NCBI GenBank assembly: GCA_002420115.1
Contig: DIHK01000007.1
Coordinates: forward strand, 60,136 to 124,135
Reading direction: 5' to 3'
Length of the DNA: 64,000 nucleotides
Source: Nitrospira sp. UBA5698
Lineage (GTDB): Bacteria > Nitrospirota > Nitrospiria > Nitrospirales > Nitrospiraceae
Shown here: positions 9,451-20,177 of the stretch, in pieces
Position numbering within the stretch: position 1 is the first letter of the stretch
Layout: every line of letters starts with the position of its first letter
Position numbers and translations under genes: made by a program
The notes under the pieces: generated by a model
Database searches by the model: none
What the model saw: only the letters and a program-made list of their open reading frames with translations
What the model was told of the DNA's origin: nothing

Positions 9451-10096
9451 GTGAAGCATTCCTCCGCGTTCTTGCTGGGATATGGGTATGGTCGGTGAGT
9501 GGCTCGCCGAGCCCCCGGGCGCTCAATTGACGGCGCACGAACAATCGAGCCCGGTGTAATCGTGATTTTACCGCTCGCTCATTTAACCCCATGATGGTCC
9601 CAACCTCCTTGGCGCTGACTCCCTCCATATCGCGGAGCACCAAGACCATCTTGTACTTCTTCGGTAGTTGATTGATCGCCGTATCGAGCGCCTCCCGCAA
9701 CTGCTTATTGTGGAGTGCGGCTTCGGGGCTCAGGCCATCGATCGGAATCTGTAACCGAAATTCACCGTCTGATGTGGGGATGAATTCCTCGAGTGATAAC
9801 TCTCGCTCAGGCGCGCCCTTCCGTTTTCGCCGCATGCGTAGGCAGGCCCGCGAGGCGATCGTGTACAACCATGTTGAAATCTGGGCATCGCCACGGAACC
9901 GGTCGAGGCCTCGATAGGCATTCAGAAAGGTCTCCTGGACCAAATCCTTCGCAGCCTCCGTTTCCCCACACAAGCGGTGGGCGAAACGATACATGAGATC
10001 CACATGATCTCTGTACATCGTATCAAAATCCTTCGCCGATCGGGTCTGAGTCGAGGGTTTCTCAGGCCGGCGGTCTGTGGCGGGTGATGCATTCAT
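9428..10096 (-). CDS. ECF (sigma-70 group 4) RNA polymerase sigma factor
   Basis: AKDLVQETFLNAY, ISTWLYTIA, region 4 AVKSRLHRAR. Confidence 0.9.
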   Translation of the reverse strand: MNASPATDRRPEKPSTQTRSAKDFDTMYRDHVDLMYRFAHRLCGETEAAKDLVQETFLNAYRGLDRFRGDAQISTWLYTIASRACLRMRRKRKGAPERELSLEEFIPTSDGEFRLQIPIDGLSPEAALHNKQLREALDTAINQLPKKYKMVLVLRDMEGVSAKEVGTIMGLNERAVKSRLHRARLFVRRQLSARGLGEPLTDHTHIPARTRRNASHGTREHL

Positions 10097-10169
10097 ACGC
10101 CGCGCAGTCTACGGGGTGGCAGAAAAGAGAGTCAAGATGAAGAACGGAGAGGCAGAGGACGCGGCTGGG

Positions 10170-11381
10170 CTACTTCACCCGATGCAGTTCGATGAGCTCG
10201 CCTTGTCCATTGAGCTCCACTGTGATGGGAGTTCCTTCCCGTGCTCCGTTCAGCAAGGATTTGCCGGCTCCGATGGGGTAGGTCTGTTCCCCTTCCGGAG
10301 TCCAGAGCCGGACGGCAGCATGATCCGGAGCGGCGAAGTCCAATGGTCCTGTGACGAAACGGCGAAGAAGAGCCGAATCGTTGGAGGCGGCAAGATCCGC
10401 GACGACGGAGTCGTTATGCATATGCAAGGTCATGGTCTGCCCGATCTTGGCACTCTTGATGCCGATCTTGTTATTGACGTTCACGATGCCGATAGGCGTC
10501 TTCAAGAAGATAAAATTCGACTTCATTTTGGAGATCGTGCCCGTGAGCAACAGATGGGCCTTACTACCCGGGGGAGCGATCTGGCCGATTTGCAGATCGA
10601 ACTGGAGGTCATGCACGCCGATAATGTTTCCCGCGCCATCTACTTCCACCGTCACAAACTCCCCGTTCTTGGGAGCGGTGAGTGCAGATTCATAAGTTCC
10701 CATGTGGAAGGCCTTCATGCCGCTGGTGGGTGTCCATAGCAGCAACTTGGTGTTGTCGACGCTGTCTCGCTTGAACGGTCCGGTGAGATAGCGATGGACG
10801 AAGGTCCCATCAGTCCGCCGCACAATATCGATGACGATATAGTCGTCGTGGACCATGAAGGACACTTCTTGCGAGGCAGGGAGAGACTTCAGCGTGGTCT
10901 TTGAACTCAGCGACATGAGCCCGATCGGTGTTTTTAGAAATACGATCCCTGGCTTGGCTCGCCAGACTCGGCCCGTCAACTCGATGGATGGGTTGACGTC
11001 AACACGAACGGGCACCGGTTCCACAATCGCAGGGTGAGCGGTCGGTGGGTTGTCCATGGGTGGTTGAACTGCCGGAGCTGTATCCGTGGTCTGAGCCGGC
11101 GGTATTTCAACCTCTTGTGGCTGAACGGTTGGTGGTAGATCGTTCTGTGGTTGTGCTGGGACGACGTCATCCGCCTCTGGCGGTTTGGGTGAAGTCCCGT
11201 CGTTCTGGGCCTGGAGAATTGTCTGGGTATCGAGTTGAGTTTCGAAAGGAAGCGGGTCGGAGGATTGCTTCTGCAGCTTGTCACCGTCCGCGTGGCTGAC
11301 TGTGGCACAGCCGGCGTTGACGACTCCCATGAGAAACACTGCAACCAATAATTGTCGAGCCTGTCCAAATTGATTCATCAT
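10170..11381 (-). CDS. Lipoprotein with Pro-rich linker and internally duplicated beta domain
   Basis: Lipobox NAGC; two copies of LTG...FLKTPIG...R.LTGP/RFVTGP...LWTP...TVE..G.G. Confidence 0.7.
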   Translation of the reverse strand: MMNQFGQARQLLVAVFLMGVVNAGCATVSHADGDKLQKQSSDPLPFETQLDTQTILQAQNDGTSPKPPEADDVVPAQPQNDLPPTVQPQEVEIPPAQTTDTAPAVQPPMDNPPTAHPAIVEPVPVRVDVNPSIELTGRVWRAKPGIVFLKTPIGLMSLSSKTTLKSLPASQEVSFMVHDDYIVIDIVRRTDGTFVHRYLTGPFKRDSVDNTKLLLWTPTSGMKAFHMGTYESALTAPKNGEFVTVEVDGAGNIIGVHDLQFDLQIGQIAPPGSKAHLLLTGTISKMKSNFIFLKTPIGIVNVNNKIGIKSAKIGQTMTLHMHNDSVVADLAASNDSALLRRFVTGPLDFAAPDHAAVRLWTPEGEQTYPIGAGKSLLNGAREGTPITVELNGQGELIELHRVK

Positions 11382-11697
11382 GAAAAGGCTAAGTCCGGCT
11401 AGAGGTGAACGTTGGGATCTGTCTAAATAGAGACTCCCTCTTGTGCGAAAGGCGGAACGAGGTGATCAGTCCCAAGAACCGAGGGCCATTCTATGCGAAT
11501 ATCATGAGGCCAGAATGGGAGTCAACTTGAAATCAGATTTGATCTTGGAGGGAGGGAAGCGAAAGGCGAATCGGTTCTCAAAACTATGATGCCGAGTAAT
11601 TCGCTCCTGCCAATGTGGGATTCGTTGCGCCATTCCGTGGTAGCTCGGGTAGGTGAGGATAGCCCCGAGGTGACGAAAGATACGCAGGAACTATCCT

Positions 11698-13080
11698 TTA
11701 CTTCTTTCTCACCATAATGCGGAGCGGGGTGCCGGTGAAGAGGTAGGTCTCGCGGAGTTGGTTCTCCAGATATTTGAGGTATGCGGGGGTGATGTCTTCC
11801 GGATGGCCGACGAACAATACGAAGACCGGAGGTTTGGTGGCGACTTGAGTCATAAAGGCCGACTTCGTCCCAGCTGTGGGTTTGTGCTTCCGAGCCGGCA
11901 ATGGATGGATCTCCAGAATCTTCTGCAGCCAGGTATTCAACGCGCCGGTGGCGACGCGCTTGGTAAACATTCCGTGCACGTCCTTGAGCAGAGGAAACAG
12001 GCGTTGGATGGACTCCGGTTTGAGGGCTGAGCCATAGAAAACGGGGGCCCAGGCCAGAAAGGGAAAGCGGCGGTGGAACTCGAGCTCATAGGCTTGTCTC
12101 GCGCTCTGGTCCCCGGCCCGTAGATCCCACTTGTTGATCAAGAGAATACAGGCACGGCCCTGTTTGAGAATCGCCCCGGCGATCTTTGTATCTTGTTCTG
12201 TGACGCCTTCTACTCCGTCCAAAAGCAGAACGGCAATGTCGGATCGTCCGATCGCACGGAGCGATCGGAGGACACTGTAGCCTTCTATGCCTCGGTCAAT
12301 CTTGCCACGACGCCTGATCCCTGCAGTGTCGGTGAAGACGTAGGATTGATCCTGGTGGGTCACCAGTGAATCGACCGGATCGCGTGTGGTTCCCGGCACG
12401 TTGCTGACGACGACGCGCTCCTCTCCGAGCAGCGCGTTCACGAGCGTGGATTTGCCGACGTTCGGACGGCCTACGATCGCCACGCGGGGGAGTTGTTGCA
12501 GCTCGTCTGATTCCTCGGTTGCGGGAAGCAGTGGGTAGAGGGCGTCCAAGAGTTCAGCCACTCCGAGACCATGTTCGGCGGAGATGGGGTACAGCTCGTC
12601 GGCGCCCAACTTGTAGAAGTCGGCGAGTAAGGGCTCGGATTTCGGCGTATCGATCTTATTGATGGCATAGAACAGCGGTTTCGTCACGCCGCGTAGGAGC
12701 TTCACGACCTCATGGTCCGGCGGGGTCAATCCTGACCGGCCGTCCAGCAGCATGATGAGGATATCCGCTTCGGCGATCGCCAGTTCCGATTGACGGCGGA
12801 TTAAGGTCAACATGCTGTCCGACGAAGACAGATCCAACCCCCCTGTGTCGACCAGTCTGAACTTTCTGGTGCGGTACGTGGCATCGGCATAGTTGCGGTC
12901 GCGAGTCACGCCAGGCACGTCATCGACAATCGCGACCTTCGCGCCGAGAATCTTGTTGAACAACGTCGACTTCCCCACATTGGGCCTGCCGATAATGGCA
13001 ACGAGCGGTGGTGGTCCCCCCTCAGCCGGGAGTAAGGGCAGGGTCAGTTCTTGTTTTGGATTCGATTTTGCGCGCGGCAT
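11698..13080 (-). CDS. der: Ribosome biogenesis GTPase Der
   Basis: Two GRPNVGKST P-loops, DTGG/DTAG, NKxD. Confidence 0.97.
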   Translation of the reverse strand: MPRAKSNPKQELTLPLLPAEGGPPPLVAIIGRPNVGKSTLFNKILGAKVAIVDDVPGVTRDRNYADATYRTRKFRLVDTGGLDLSSSDSMLTLIRRQSELAIAEADILIMLLDGRSGLTPPDHEVVKLLRGVTKPLFYAINKIDTPKSEPLLADFYKLGADELYPISAEHGLGVAELLDALYPLLPATEESDELQQLPRVAIVGRPNVGKSTLVNALLGEERVVVSNVPGTTRDPVDSLVTHQDQSYVFTDTAGIRRRGKIDRGIEGYSVLRSLRAIGRSDIAVLLLDGVEGVTEQDTKIAGAILKQGRACILLINKWDLRAGDQSARQAYELEFHRRFPFLAWAPVFYGSALKPESIQRLFPLLKDVHGMFTKRVATGALNTWLQKILEIHPLPARKHKPTAGTKSAFMTQVATKPPVFVLFVGHPEDITPAYLKYLENQLRETYLFTGTPLRIMVRKK

Positions 13081-13163
13081 GATGCATCGGACCGTAACAC
13101 ATGGTTTTTCATAAACACAACCCGCCTCGTCTTCTCTTGAGCTGTTCCGCTATACTCTTTCTC

Positions 13164-13856
13164 ATGACTCAACACTCGGCACCCAGCGCTCAGCACGTCC
13201 TCGATTGGTCCCAGATCGATGACGTGCTCCTCGATATGGACGGCACGTTGCTGGACCGTCATTTCGACAACTTCTTTTTTGAGGAGGAGTTGCCGCGTCG
13301 GTATGCGGCGCTTCATGCCATCCCGTTCGAAGAAGCACGTGCTCGTCTCATGGCAATGTACCGATCAGTGGAAGGAGAGCTCGAGTGGACTGACCTGGAT
13401 TATTGGACAAGGCGGGTTGGGATTGATGTGGTGGCGATGCACAAGGAACTGGATCACATGATCGGCTTTTTGCCTGGCGCGGAGGGATTCTTGCACCATC
13501 TTCGGCAACTCGGGAAGCGGATAACGATTGTGACGAACGCCCATTCGACGGGAGTTTCCGTCAAAATGGCCAAGACGGGACTCGATGGCTACGTGGACCG
13601 CATTGTCGATGCGTTCGAAGTGGGCTATCTCAAGATGCGACCGGAATATTGGCCGAATTGTCAACAATTACTGGGCTTCGAGCCGTCGCGATCCCTGTTT
13701 ATGGATGATGATGAAGGCTGTTTGACGGCTGCGAGAGCGTTTGGGGTGGCTCATCTGGTGCATAGTGCCAAGTCAAGTTCACAATTGCCGCCTGCTCCGC
13801 TTCCACAGTTTTTCTCGGTCGCGGGGTTCGCACCGCTTCTCAATGGTCGGTTGTGA
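13164..13856 (+). CDS. HAD hydrolase, YrfG-like GMP/IMP nucleotidase
   Basis: LLDMDGTLLD motif I, TNAH, FMDDDE; start uncertain (ORF track 13101). Confidence 0.85.
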   Translation: MTQHSAPSAQHVLDWSQIDDVLLDMDGTLLDRHFDNFFFEEELPRRYAALHAIPFEEARARLMAMYRSVEGELEWTDLDYWTRRVGIDVVAMHKELDHMIGFLPGAEGFLHHLRQLGKRITIVTNAHSTGVSVKMAKTGLDGYVDRIVDAFEVGYLKMRPEYWPNCQQLLGFEPSRSLFMDDDEGCLTAARAFGVAHLVHSAKSSSQLPPAPLPQFFSVAGFAPLLNGRL

Positions 13857-13858
13857 AG

Positions 13859-14479
13859 CTAAGGTAAACTGGTGGCCGTACCGCGATACATTTCTCCACC
13901 TATTCTCGGCACACTCTGCATAGCAAATCGATCGAGCTGAGTGATGGTCAATCCGGCTTGAGCGATCAGATCATCAATCCGGCGATTTAGATTGCAGCCG
14001 CAGCCGATGATGTTCTGAACGGGATTGAGTCTGTCCTGCCAGCGGGCAATCTTCTGGTCGTCGCTCCGACCATGTTCCAAAAAGAAAAACCTGCCTTCCG
14101 GTCTCAGAACACGCCGTACTTCTGCAAGCGAACGTAGCGGCTCGGAGATCGTGCAGAGTGTCCATGTGCTGACCGCACAATCGAATGTGCGATCATCATA
14201 GGGAAGCCGTTCGGCACTGTGATGGGAAATCTCAACCGGAAAGGACACTCCCCCACGCCGTTCTGTCACACGCGCAGGGAGCATGGGGTTGGGGTCGACG
14301 GCCCGCACCCGTGACACGTTGGGTCCGTAGTGACGAAGATTAAGCCCGGTCCCAATCCCGATTTCCAGCACCTCACCGGCCACTGATTGGAGGACTTCCG
14401 TGCGCAATCGTTGGAACGCCTCCCCACGCATGACGTGATCCATCAGGCGAGGGAAGATATGTTTGCAATAGAGTCCCAT
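13859..14479 (-). CDS. Class I SAM-dependent methyltransferase
   Basis: VLEIGIGTG, LPYDDRTFD, FLEHG. Confidence 0.9.
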   Translation of the reverse strand: MGLYCKHIFPRLMDHVMRGEAFQRLRTEVLQSVAGEVLEIGIGTGLNLRHYGPNVSRVRAVDPNPMLPARVTERRGGVSFPVEISHHSAERLPYDDRTFDCAVSTWTLCTISEPLRSLAEVRRVLRPEGRFFFLEHGRSDDQKIARWQDRLNPVQNIIGCGCNLNRRIDDLIAQAGLTITQLDRFAMQSVPRIGGEMYRGTATSLP

Positions 14480-14770
14480 GTGCGGTGCAGTATAGCAAAC
14501 CGTTGGAGCCTGTCCGACAGTGACCTTTTCTACTGTGACAAACGATCGAGGGCCATCTGTGTCGTACCTGGCCTCGAAACATCCTTGCTGTACTTCGGCG
14601 AATACACCTCCGGTTTTTCTGGGCTTGCGGCCTTGCAGCTTGCCGTATCTCTTTCGTCTCGCTACGAAGGCAATCTCGGACAGGCTCCTCGCTGGGTAGA
14701 AATCTTGTGACCCCCGAGGCGCTATGTTAGAGTCCTTCGTCTTTTTTGACAGAGGGAGTGATAGCGATCA

Positions 14771-17206
14771 ATGAGCAAAGGATACGATCACCGCGCGATC
14801 GAGACGAAGTGGCAGCAATATTGGGCTCAGCATGCGACGTTTCGTGTGGCGGACGATTCCAGCAAGCCAAAATTCTACTGCCTCGATATGTTCCCCTATC
14901 CCTCAGGGTCTGGGCTCCATGTCGGTCACCTGGAAGGGTATACCGCGACGGACATTGTCTCCCGGTATAAACGGATGAAGGGGTTTAATGTCCTCCATCC
15001 GATGGGCTGGGACGCCTTTGGGCTTCCCGCAGAACAGTATGCGGTGAAAACCGGCATCCACCCGGCCAAGACGACGGCGGACAACATTGCCACATTCAAA
15101 CGCCAGATGAAGCGCGTGGGCCTTTCGTATGACTGGGAGCGCGAGCTCAGTACAACGGATCCCGGATACTATCGCTGGACACAGTGGATTTTCCTCAAAC
15201 TCTTCGAGCGGGGATTGGCCTACGTGGCGGAAGTGCCGGTGAATTGGTGCCCACAGCTGGGGACGGTGTTGGCGAACGAAGAAATCATCGACGGCAAGAG
15301 CGAGGTCGGCGGGTTCGATGTGATTCGCAAGCCGATGCGGCAGTGGGTGCTGAAGATTACCGCCTATGCCGATCGCTTGCTGGAGGACCTGAAGCTTGTG
15401 GAGTGGCCTGCCTCCACGTTGGAGATGCAGAAGAATTGGATCGGACGTTCAATCGGTGCGGAGGTGGACTTCGCCCTCGCCGATCGGGCGGGCGCCATCC
15501 GAGTGTTCACGACCAGGCCTGATACGCTGTTCGGGGCGACCTACATGGTGCTTGCGCCGGAACACCCTCTTGTCGATGTCATTACGAGCGAGGCGCAAAA
15601 ATCCACTGTCCAGGCTTACCGCGAGAATGCGGCGCGGAAGAGCGATCTTCAACGGCAAGAGCTTGACAAGGAGAAGACGGGAGTCTTCACCGGGGGCTAT
15701 GCTGTGAATCCTGTGAACCAGGAGCGATTGCCGATCTGGATCGCCGACTATGTGCTGATGGGTTATGGGACCGGTGCCATCATGGCGGTCCCGGCGCATG
15801 ATGAGCGTGACTGGGCGTTCGCGCATCAATATCAGCTTCCGATTCGCGAAGTCATTGCCGGGGGGAATGTGCAGGAAGCGGCCTTCACCGACACGAGCCG
15901 TGGGACCGTCGTCAATTCAGCGACCAGTGACGGCAGTTTTTCAATCAACGGGCTTATTCCCTCCGAGGCGATTCCAACAGTTACTGAGTGGCTTGCGAAG
16001 CAAGGGAAGGGAACCAAGGCGGTCAACTACAAACTGCGGGATTGGCTCTTTGCGCGACAACGTTATTGGGGAGAACCCTTTCCGATTGTTTGGGTTGATG
16101 GCGAAGCGTGTCCGATTCCTGAACAACAGCTTCCTCTTATATTGCCGGAGACGAGCAACTTCAAGCCCTCAGGCACCGGGGAAAGCCCGCTCGCAAACTT
16201 AGAGACTTGGTTGGCGACAACCGACTCTTCTACCGGTAAGCCCGCTCGGCGCGAGACGAATACCATGCCGCAGTGGGCCGGTTCCTGCTGGTATTACCTG
16301 CGATTCATCGATCCGAAGAACTCAACCCAGCTTGTCGACCAGACCAAGGAACGCTATTGGATGCCGGTGGATCTGTACATCGGCGGTAGCGAGCACGCGG
16401 TGCTACATCTCCTCTACGCTCGGTTTTGGCACAAAGTGTTGTTCGATATCGGTGTGGTGAGCACGCCTGAGCCATTCTTGAAACTCGTGCATCAGGGCAT
16501 CGTCCTGGGAGAAGACAATCAGAAGATGTCTAAATCGCGGGGCAACGTGGTCAATCCCGATGAGATGATCGACCAGTTCGGCGCGGATGCGGTACGGCTC
16601 TATGAAATGTTCATGGGACCGCTGGAGGCGATGAAACCATGGAGTACCAGAGGCGTCGAAGGTGTGACCCGTTTTTTGGAACGGGTCTGGCGTCTCATCG
16701 TCGATGACCAAGGCTGCTTGTCCGGCACCGTGGTTTCGACCGCTGCGAGCCTTGATCATCAGCGACTCCTCCACCAGACGATCAAGAAGGTGACGGAGGA
16801 CATTGAGGCGCTCCGGTTCAATACGGCGATCTCGCAGATGATGATCTTGACCAATGAGATGACGAAAGCTTCGCAGCGGCCTCGATCCGTCATCGAGCCG
16901 TTTGTGTTACTGCTTGCGCCGTTCGCCCCGCATGTGGCGGAGGAGCTCTGGGGCGTACTCGGTTATCAGCCCAGCATTTCGCAGCAACCTTGGCCGATAT
17001 TTGATCCGGCCATGACGGTCAGTGAACGCGTGACCATTCCGATTCAGATTAACGGGAAGCTCAGGGCGAAGCTCGAAGTGGCACTTGAGGTCTCGCGCGA
17101 AGAGGTTGAGCGACTGGCCCGTGTGGAGGCAGCGGAATGGCTCCAAGGCAAAGAGCCGAAGAAGGTGATCTACGTTGAAAAGAAGCTGCTCAACTTCGTT
17201 GTCTAG
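14771..17206 (+). CDS. leuS: Leucyl-tRNA synthetase
   Basis: MFPYPSG, HVGH, KMSKS, editing-domain TTRPDT and [12 protein letters not shown]. Confidence 0.98.
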   Translation: MSKGYDHRAIETKWQQYWAQHATFRVADDSSKPKFYCLDMFPYPSGSGLHVGHLEGYTATDIVSRYKRMKGFNVLHPMGWDAFGLPAEQYAVKTGIHPAKTTADNIATFKRQMKRVGLSYDWERELSTTDPGYYRWTQWIFLKLFERGLAYVAEVPVNWCPQLGTVLANEEIIDGKSEVGGFDVIRKPMRQWVLKITAYADRLLEDLKLVEWPASTLEMQKNWIGRSIGAEVDFALADRAGAIRVFTTRPDTLFGATYMVLAPEHPLVDVITSEAQKSTVQAYRENAARKSDLQRQELDKEKTGVFTGGYAVNPVNQERLPIWIADYVLMGYGTGAIMAVPAHDERDWAFAHQYQLPIREVIAGGNVQEAAFTDTSRGTVVNSATSDGSFSINGLIPSEAIPTVTEWLAKQGKGTKAVNYKLRDWLFARQRYWGEPFPIVWVDGEACPIPEQQLPLILPETSNFKPSGTGESPLANLETWLATTDSSTGKPARRETNTMPQWAGSCWYYLRFIDPKNSTQLVDQTKERYWMPVDLYIGGSEHAVLHLLYARFWHKVLFDIGVVSTPEPFLKLVHQGIVLGEDNQKMSKSRGNVVNPDEMIDQFGADAVRLYEMFMGPLEAMKPWSTRGVEGVTRFLERVWRLIVDDQGCLSGTVVSTAASLDHQRLLHQTIKKVTEDIEALRFNTAISQMMILTNEMTKASQRPRSVIEPFVLLLAPFAPHVAEELWGVLGYQPSISQQPWPIFDPAMTVSERVTIPIQINGKLRAKLEVALEVSREEVERLARVEAAEWLQGKEPKKVIYVEKKLLNFVV

Positions 17207-17218
17207 GGGGAGTGCTGA

Positions 17219-17854
17219 GTGCTGAGTGCTGAGGGAAAAGAGGGCAGGAGTCGAGAGCGGGAAGGGCCATGCTTTATCGTTCTCAGTACTCTCGTTTCGG
17301 CACTCATTGCGGTGACACTAACGGCGTGCGGGTATCAGTTCCGGGTGGGCGGTGCCGGTCCGACGATTGGCGGCGCTCCGGCTACTACATCCACGGAGCC
17401 TCCTCCCCGACTTGCTATCAAGACATTGATCAACAATAGTTTTGAGCCGAATTTAGAGGCGCGCTATACCAATTACTTTCGTGACGAATTTTCGAACGGC
17501 AGTGGGGCACACGTTGTCTCCGAGTCTGAGGCGGCAGATCTCGTGTTGAGCGGACAAATTCTGTCTGTGTCCGTGCCGACACTCAGTTTTTCACAAACGG
17601 CGACCTTGGAAAGCCGGGCTGAGGTTGTCGTGTTGGTTCGGGTGGAAGAAGTCCGTTCGGGCAGGGTTGTCTGGACGCAACTCGCCAAGGGCGGGTCAGA
17701 GTTCTTCATCACGTCGGACCTTCAATTCAACCGTACGCTTCAGAATCGAGCGGTGGAGCAGGCAGGTCGTATCCTGGCTGCTGATTTGGCATCACGGTTT
17801 CTGTTACAGGTGGAGACTGGTGCATTCAAGCAACCGGCTTCTTCGCCGCAGTAG
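17219..17854 (+). CDS. lptE: LPS assembly lipoprotein LptE
   Basis: Lipobox LTACGYQ; conserved leuS-lptE-holA order. Confidence 0.8.
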   Translation: MLSAEGKEGRSREREGPCFIVLSTLVSALIAVTLTACGYQFRVGGAGPTIGGAPATTSTEPPPRLAIKTLINNSFEPNLEARYTNYFRDEFSNGSGAHVVSESEAADLVLSGQILSVSVPTLSFSQTATLESRAEVVVLVRVEEVRSGRVVWTQLAKGGSEFFITSDLQFNRTLQNRAVEQAGRILAADLASRFLLQVETGAFKQPASSPQ

Positions 17855-17873
17855 ATTTGAACGGTAGATACCG

Positions 17874-18986
17874 ATGGCCTCAACCCTGAATCATCTCCAG
17901 CTTGAGTCGTCTCTGAAACAGCAGGGACCTGGATGTCTGTATCTCGTGGTGGGGGAAGAAGATTTGCTGAGAGATACTGCCGTCAGCGCCCTTACGCAAG
18001 CGGTTCTCGGCGTAGACGGGGATGCCTTCAATTGCGAGCAATTCTATGGCGATGAAGCGAGCGGGGCTGATATCCGGAACAGCATTGCCGCGGTCCCGGT
18101 TTTTGCCACGCGCCGTTTGGTCGTGGTGAAAGCCACGGAGAAACTGAATGCGCGAGAAAGCGAGCCTCTGCTCGACAGTGTGAACAACCCTGTAGAATCC
18201 ACAACCGTGGTCTTTGTCAGCTCGAAGATGGACGGACGACTGAAATTCTCCCAAGCGCTTGCCCGATCGGCTGTTGTCGTCGATTGCTCACCGCTTCGTG
18301 ACGCTCAATTACCGGCCTGGATTAGCCGTGAGGCTGAACGCGCCGGTCTTCGCTTGGAAGAAGCCGCCGCTCAATTACTGCAGGAGATCTGCAGTGCCTC
18401 GCTGTATAGTGTGCGGCGGGAGTTGGAAAAACTAGCTTCGTATGTGCCATCTCATCGTGCCGTTACTGCTGCGGATGTCTACCAGCTCCGTGGTATGGAA
18501 CCAGGTGCTTCGGTATTTGATCTGGCACTGGCTATTGCCGAAGGTCGTCGAGGGCGGGCGCTGTCGATTTTGGCACGGAATCTTGAGGCTGGAGAAGCGC
18601 CCCTTCGGATCCTCGGATCGCTCGCGTGGCAGTATCGCCGGATTTGGAAGGTCAAAGAATCGCTGGCTCAAGGAGGGCGTGAAGGGGAGGCCGCAAGAAA
18701 TTTACGAATGGACCCGGGGAAAGTCCGGACATTTCTGAATCAATTTTCTGAGCCGCATCTTGCCCTGGCAATTCGCCTCTTTTTGGAAGCTGATGGACGG
18801 CTCAAGGGGGGAAGCAGTAGTCGCCCGAAGATGATCTTGGAGCGGGTGCTTCTGGCGCTCTGTGAGGAGTCCGTCGGTAGACGAACCGAAGCAACCCCTC
18901 CCTCACAGGCATCACCGAAGCGAGGCGCGACACGAACCGTCTCAAACGTGCGGACGATTAAGAGCCGGAACCGGCCAGTGCGTTGA
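17874..18986 (+). CDS. holA: DNA polymerase III delta subunit
   Basis: LYLVVGEE, ELEKL, SVFDL motifs; synteny. Confidence 0.92.
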   Translation: MASTLNHLQLESSLKQQGPGCLYLVVGEEDLLRDTAVSALTQAVLGVDGDAFNCEQFYGDEASGADIRNSIAAVPVFATRRLVVVKATEKLNARESEPLLDSVNNPVESTTVVFVSSKMDGRLKFSQALARSAVVVDCSPLRDAQLPAWISREAERAGLRLEEAAAQLLQEICSASLYSVRRELEKLASYVPSHRAVTAADVYQLRGMEPGASVFDLALAIAEGRRGRALSILARNLEAGEAPLRILGSLAWQYRRIWKVKESLAQGGREGEAARNLRMDPGKVRTFLNQFSEPHLALAIRLFLEADGRLKGGSSSRPKMILERVLLALCEESVGRRTEATPPSQASPKRGATRTVSNVRTIKSRNRPVR

Positions 18987-19236
18987 CACGGAGGGCTAAC
19001 CGTGAAATACGGCGGGAAGCAGTATTGCGATGCAAAATACCTTTGGAAACAGCTTTCCCGATTGCCGAGGTCGCTTCCAGCAAGCTGGTCTTTGCCTCGT
19101 CAACCTTTTTCCCGGTCACCGCGGATTGGACCTTCTTGATGAGCGTTCGTACCGTGTTGACGGTGGCTCGATTCCGCTCATGGCGTCGCTCGGCCTGGCG
19201 TGCACGTCGAATCGTCGATTTGTGAATTCGGGGCAT
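18958..19236 (-). CDS. rpsT: 30S ribosomal protein S20
   Basis: KSTIRRARQAERR..RN; KGILHRNTASRRISRL. Confidence 0.96.
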   Translation of the reverse strand: MPRIHKSTIRRARQAERRHERNRATVNTVRTLIKKVQSAVTGKKVDEAKTSLLEATSAIGKAVSKGILHRNTASRRISRLALRVNALAGSGS

Positions 19237-19323
19237 CGATCACTCCTATAAGTAAAGAAGAAAATTTGTATCATAGGGTATCGCTGACCGTCAAGGATCA
19301 GTTTTGAAGAAGGAGCAAGGAAG

Positions 19324-20037
19324 ATGACGAAGATCGTGGCACGCGATCGGCTGATGTTCGCGTTGGATGTTCCCTCGGCAGTGGAAGCCGATCGGCTCTT
19401 GGATCAACTCCAGGGGCATCTGACGTTCGTCAAGGTAGGGCTTGAGCTCTACACGGCGGCTGGACCAGAGATGGTAAAGCGGATCGTGGAGCGAGGCATG
19501 CGGGTATTTCTTGACCTGAAATTCCTCGACATCGAAGAAACGGTTCGTCGTGCGACGAGTCGGGTTGCCGCCATGGGGGTCGAGTTTCTGACCGTTCATG
19601 CCAATCGCAAGGCGCTGATTGCCGCTGTGCAGGGACGTGAAGGTTCATCGCTCAAGCTACTCGCAGTGACCGTGTTGACGAACTTCGACGGCAACGATTT
19701 GCGAGAGATGGGAATCCAGCGGACGGTCCAAGACCTCGTGACAGCCAGAGCGTTGCTGGCCTCAGAAGTCGGCTGCGACGGTGTCGTTGCGTCCGGTGAA
19801 GAGGCCATGGCACTCCGCCAGAAAGTCGGGCCGCATTTCACGATCGTGACGCCGGGTGTCCGGCCGGCCGGCAAAGGGGTCGATGACCATGCTCGTGCGA
19901 CGACGCCGACTCAAACCATTGGTGCTGGGGCGGACTATCTGGTGATCGGGCGACCGATTCGTGATGCCGCAGATCCTGCTGCGACGGTCGCCTCTATACT
20001 GGCGGAGATGCAAGCGGCATTTGATGCACGTGGTTAG
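19324..20037 (+). CDS. pyrF: Orotidine-5'-phosphate decarboxylase
   Basis: ALD, KVG, FLDLKFLDI, TPGVR, VIGRPI. Confidence 0.96.
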   Translation: MTKIVARDRLMFALDVPSAVEADRLLDQLQGHLTFVKVGLELYTAAGPEMVKRIVERGMRVFLDLKFLDIEETVRRATSRVAAMGVEFLTVHANRKALIAAVQGREGSSLKLLAVTVLTNFDGNDLREMGIQRTVQDLVTARALLASEVGCDGVVASGEEAMALRQKVGPHFTIVTPGVRPAGKGVDDHARATTPTQTIGAGADYLVIGRPIRDAADPAATVASILAEMQAAFDARG

Positions 20038-20099
20038 CAGAAGTCGGGTTGCGGTAGCAGTCGACCCTTTGTTAATATCTCCCTTCTTCAAGCCTGTCT

Positions 20100-20177
20100 G
20101 GTGGGTGTAGCTCAGTTGGTTAGAGCGCCGGATTGTGGATCCGGAGGTCGCGGGTTCGAAACCCGTCATCCACCCCA
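20100..20177 (+). tRNA. tRNA-His (GUG) with G-1 and encoded CCA
   Basis: Acceptor GTGGGTG/CATCCAC, anticodon arm CCGGA-TTGTGGA-TCCGG, T-loop GTTCGAA, C discriminator. Confidence 0.97.

Noticed and set aside
10077-10739. 220-aa plus-strand ORF
   Set aside because: Antisense shadow of the lipoprotein gene
14387-14710. Plus-strand ORF upstream of leuS
   Set aside because: Overlaps the methyltransferase start; no motif or RBS
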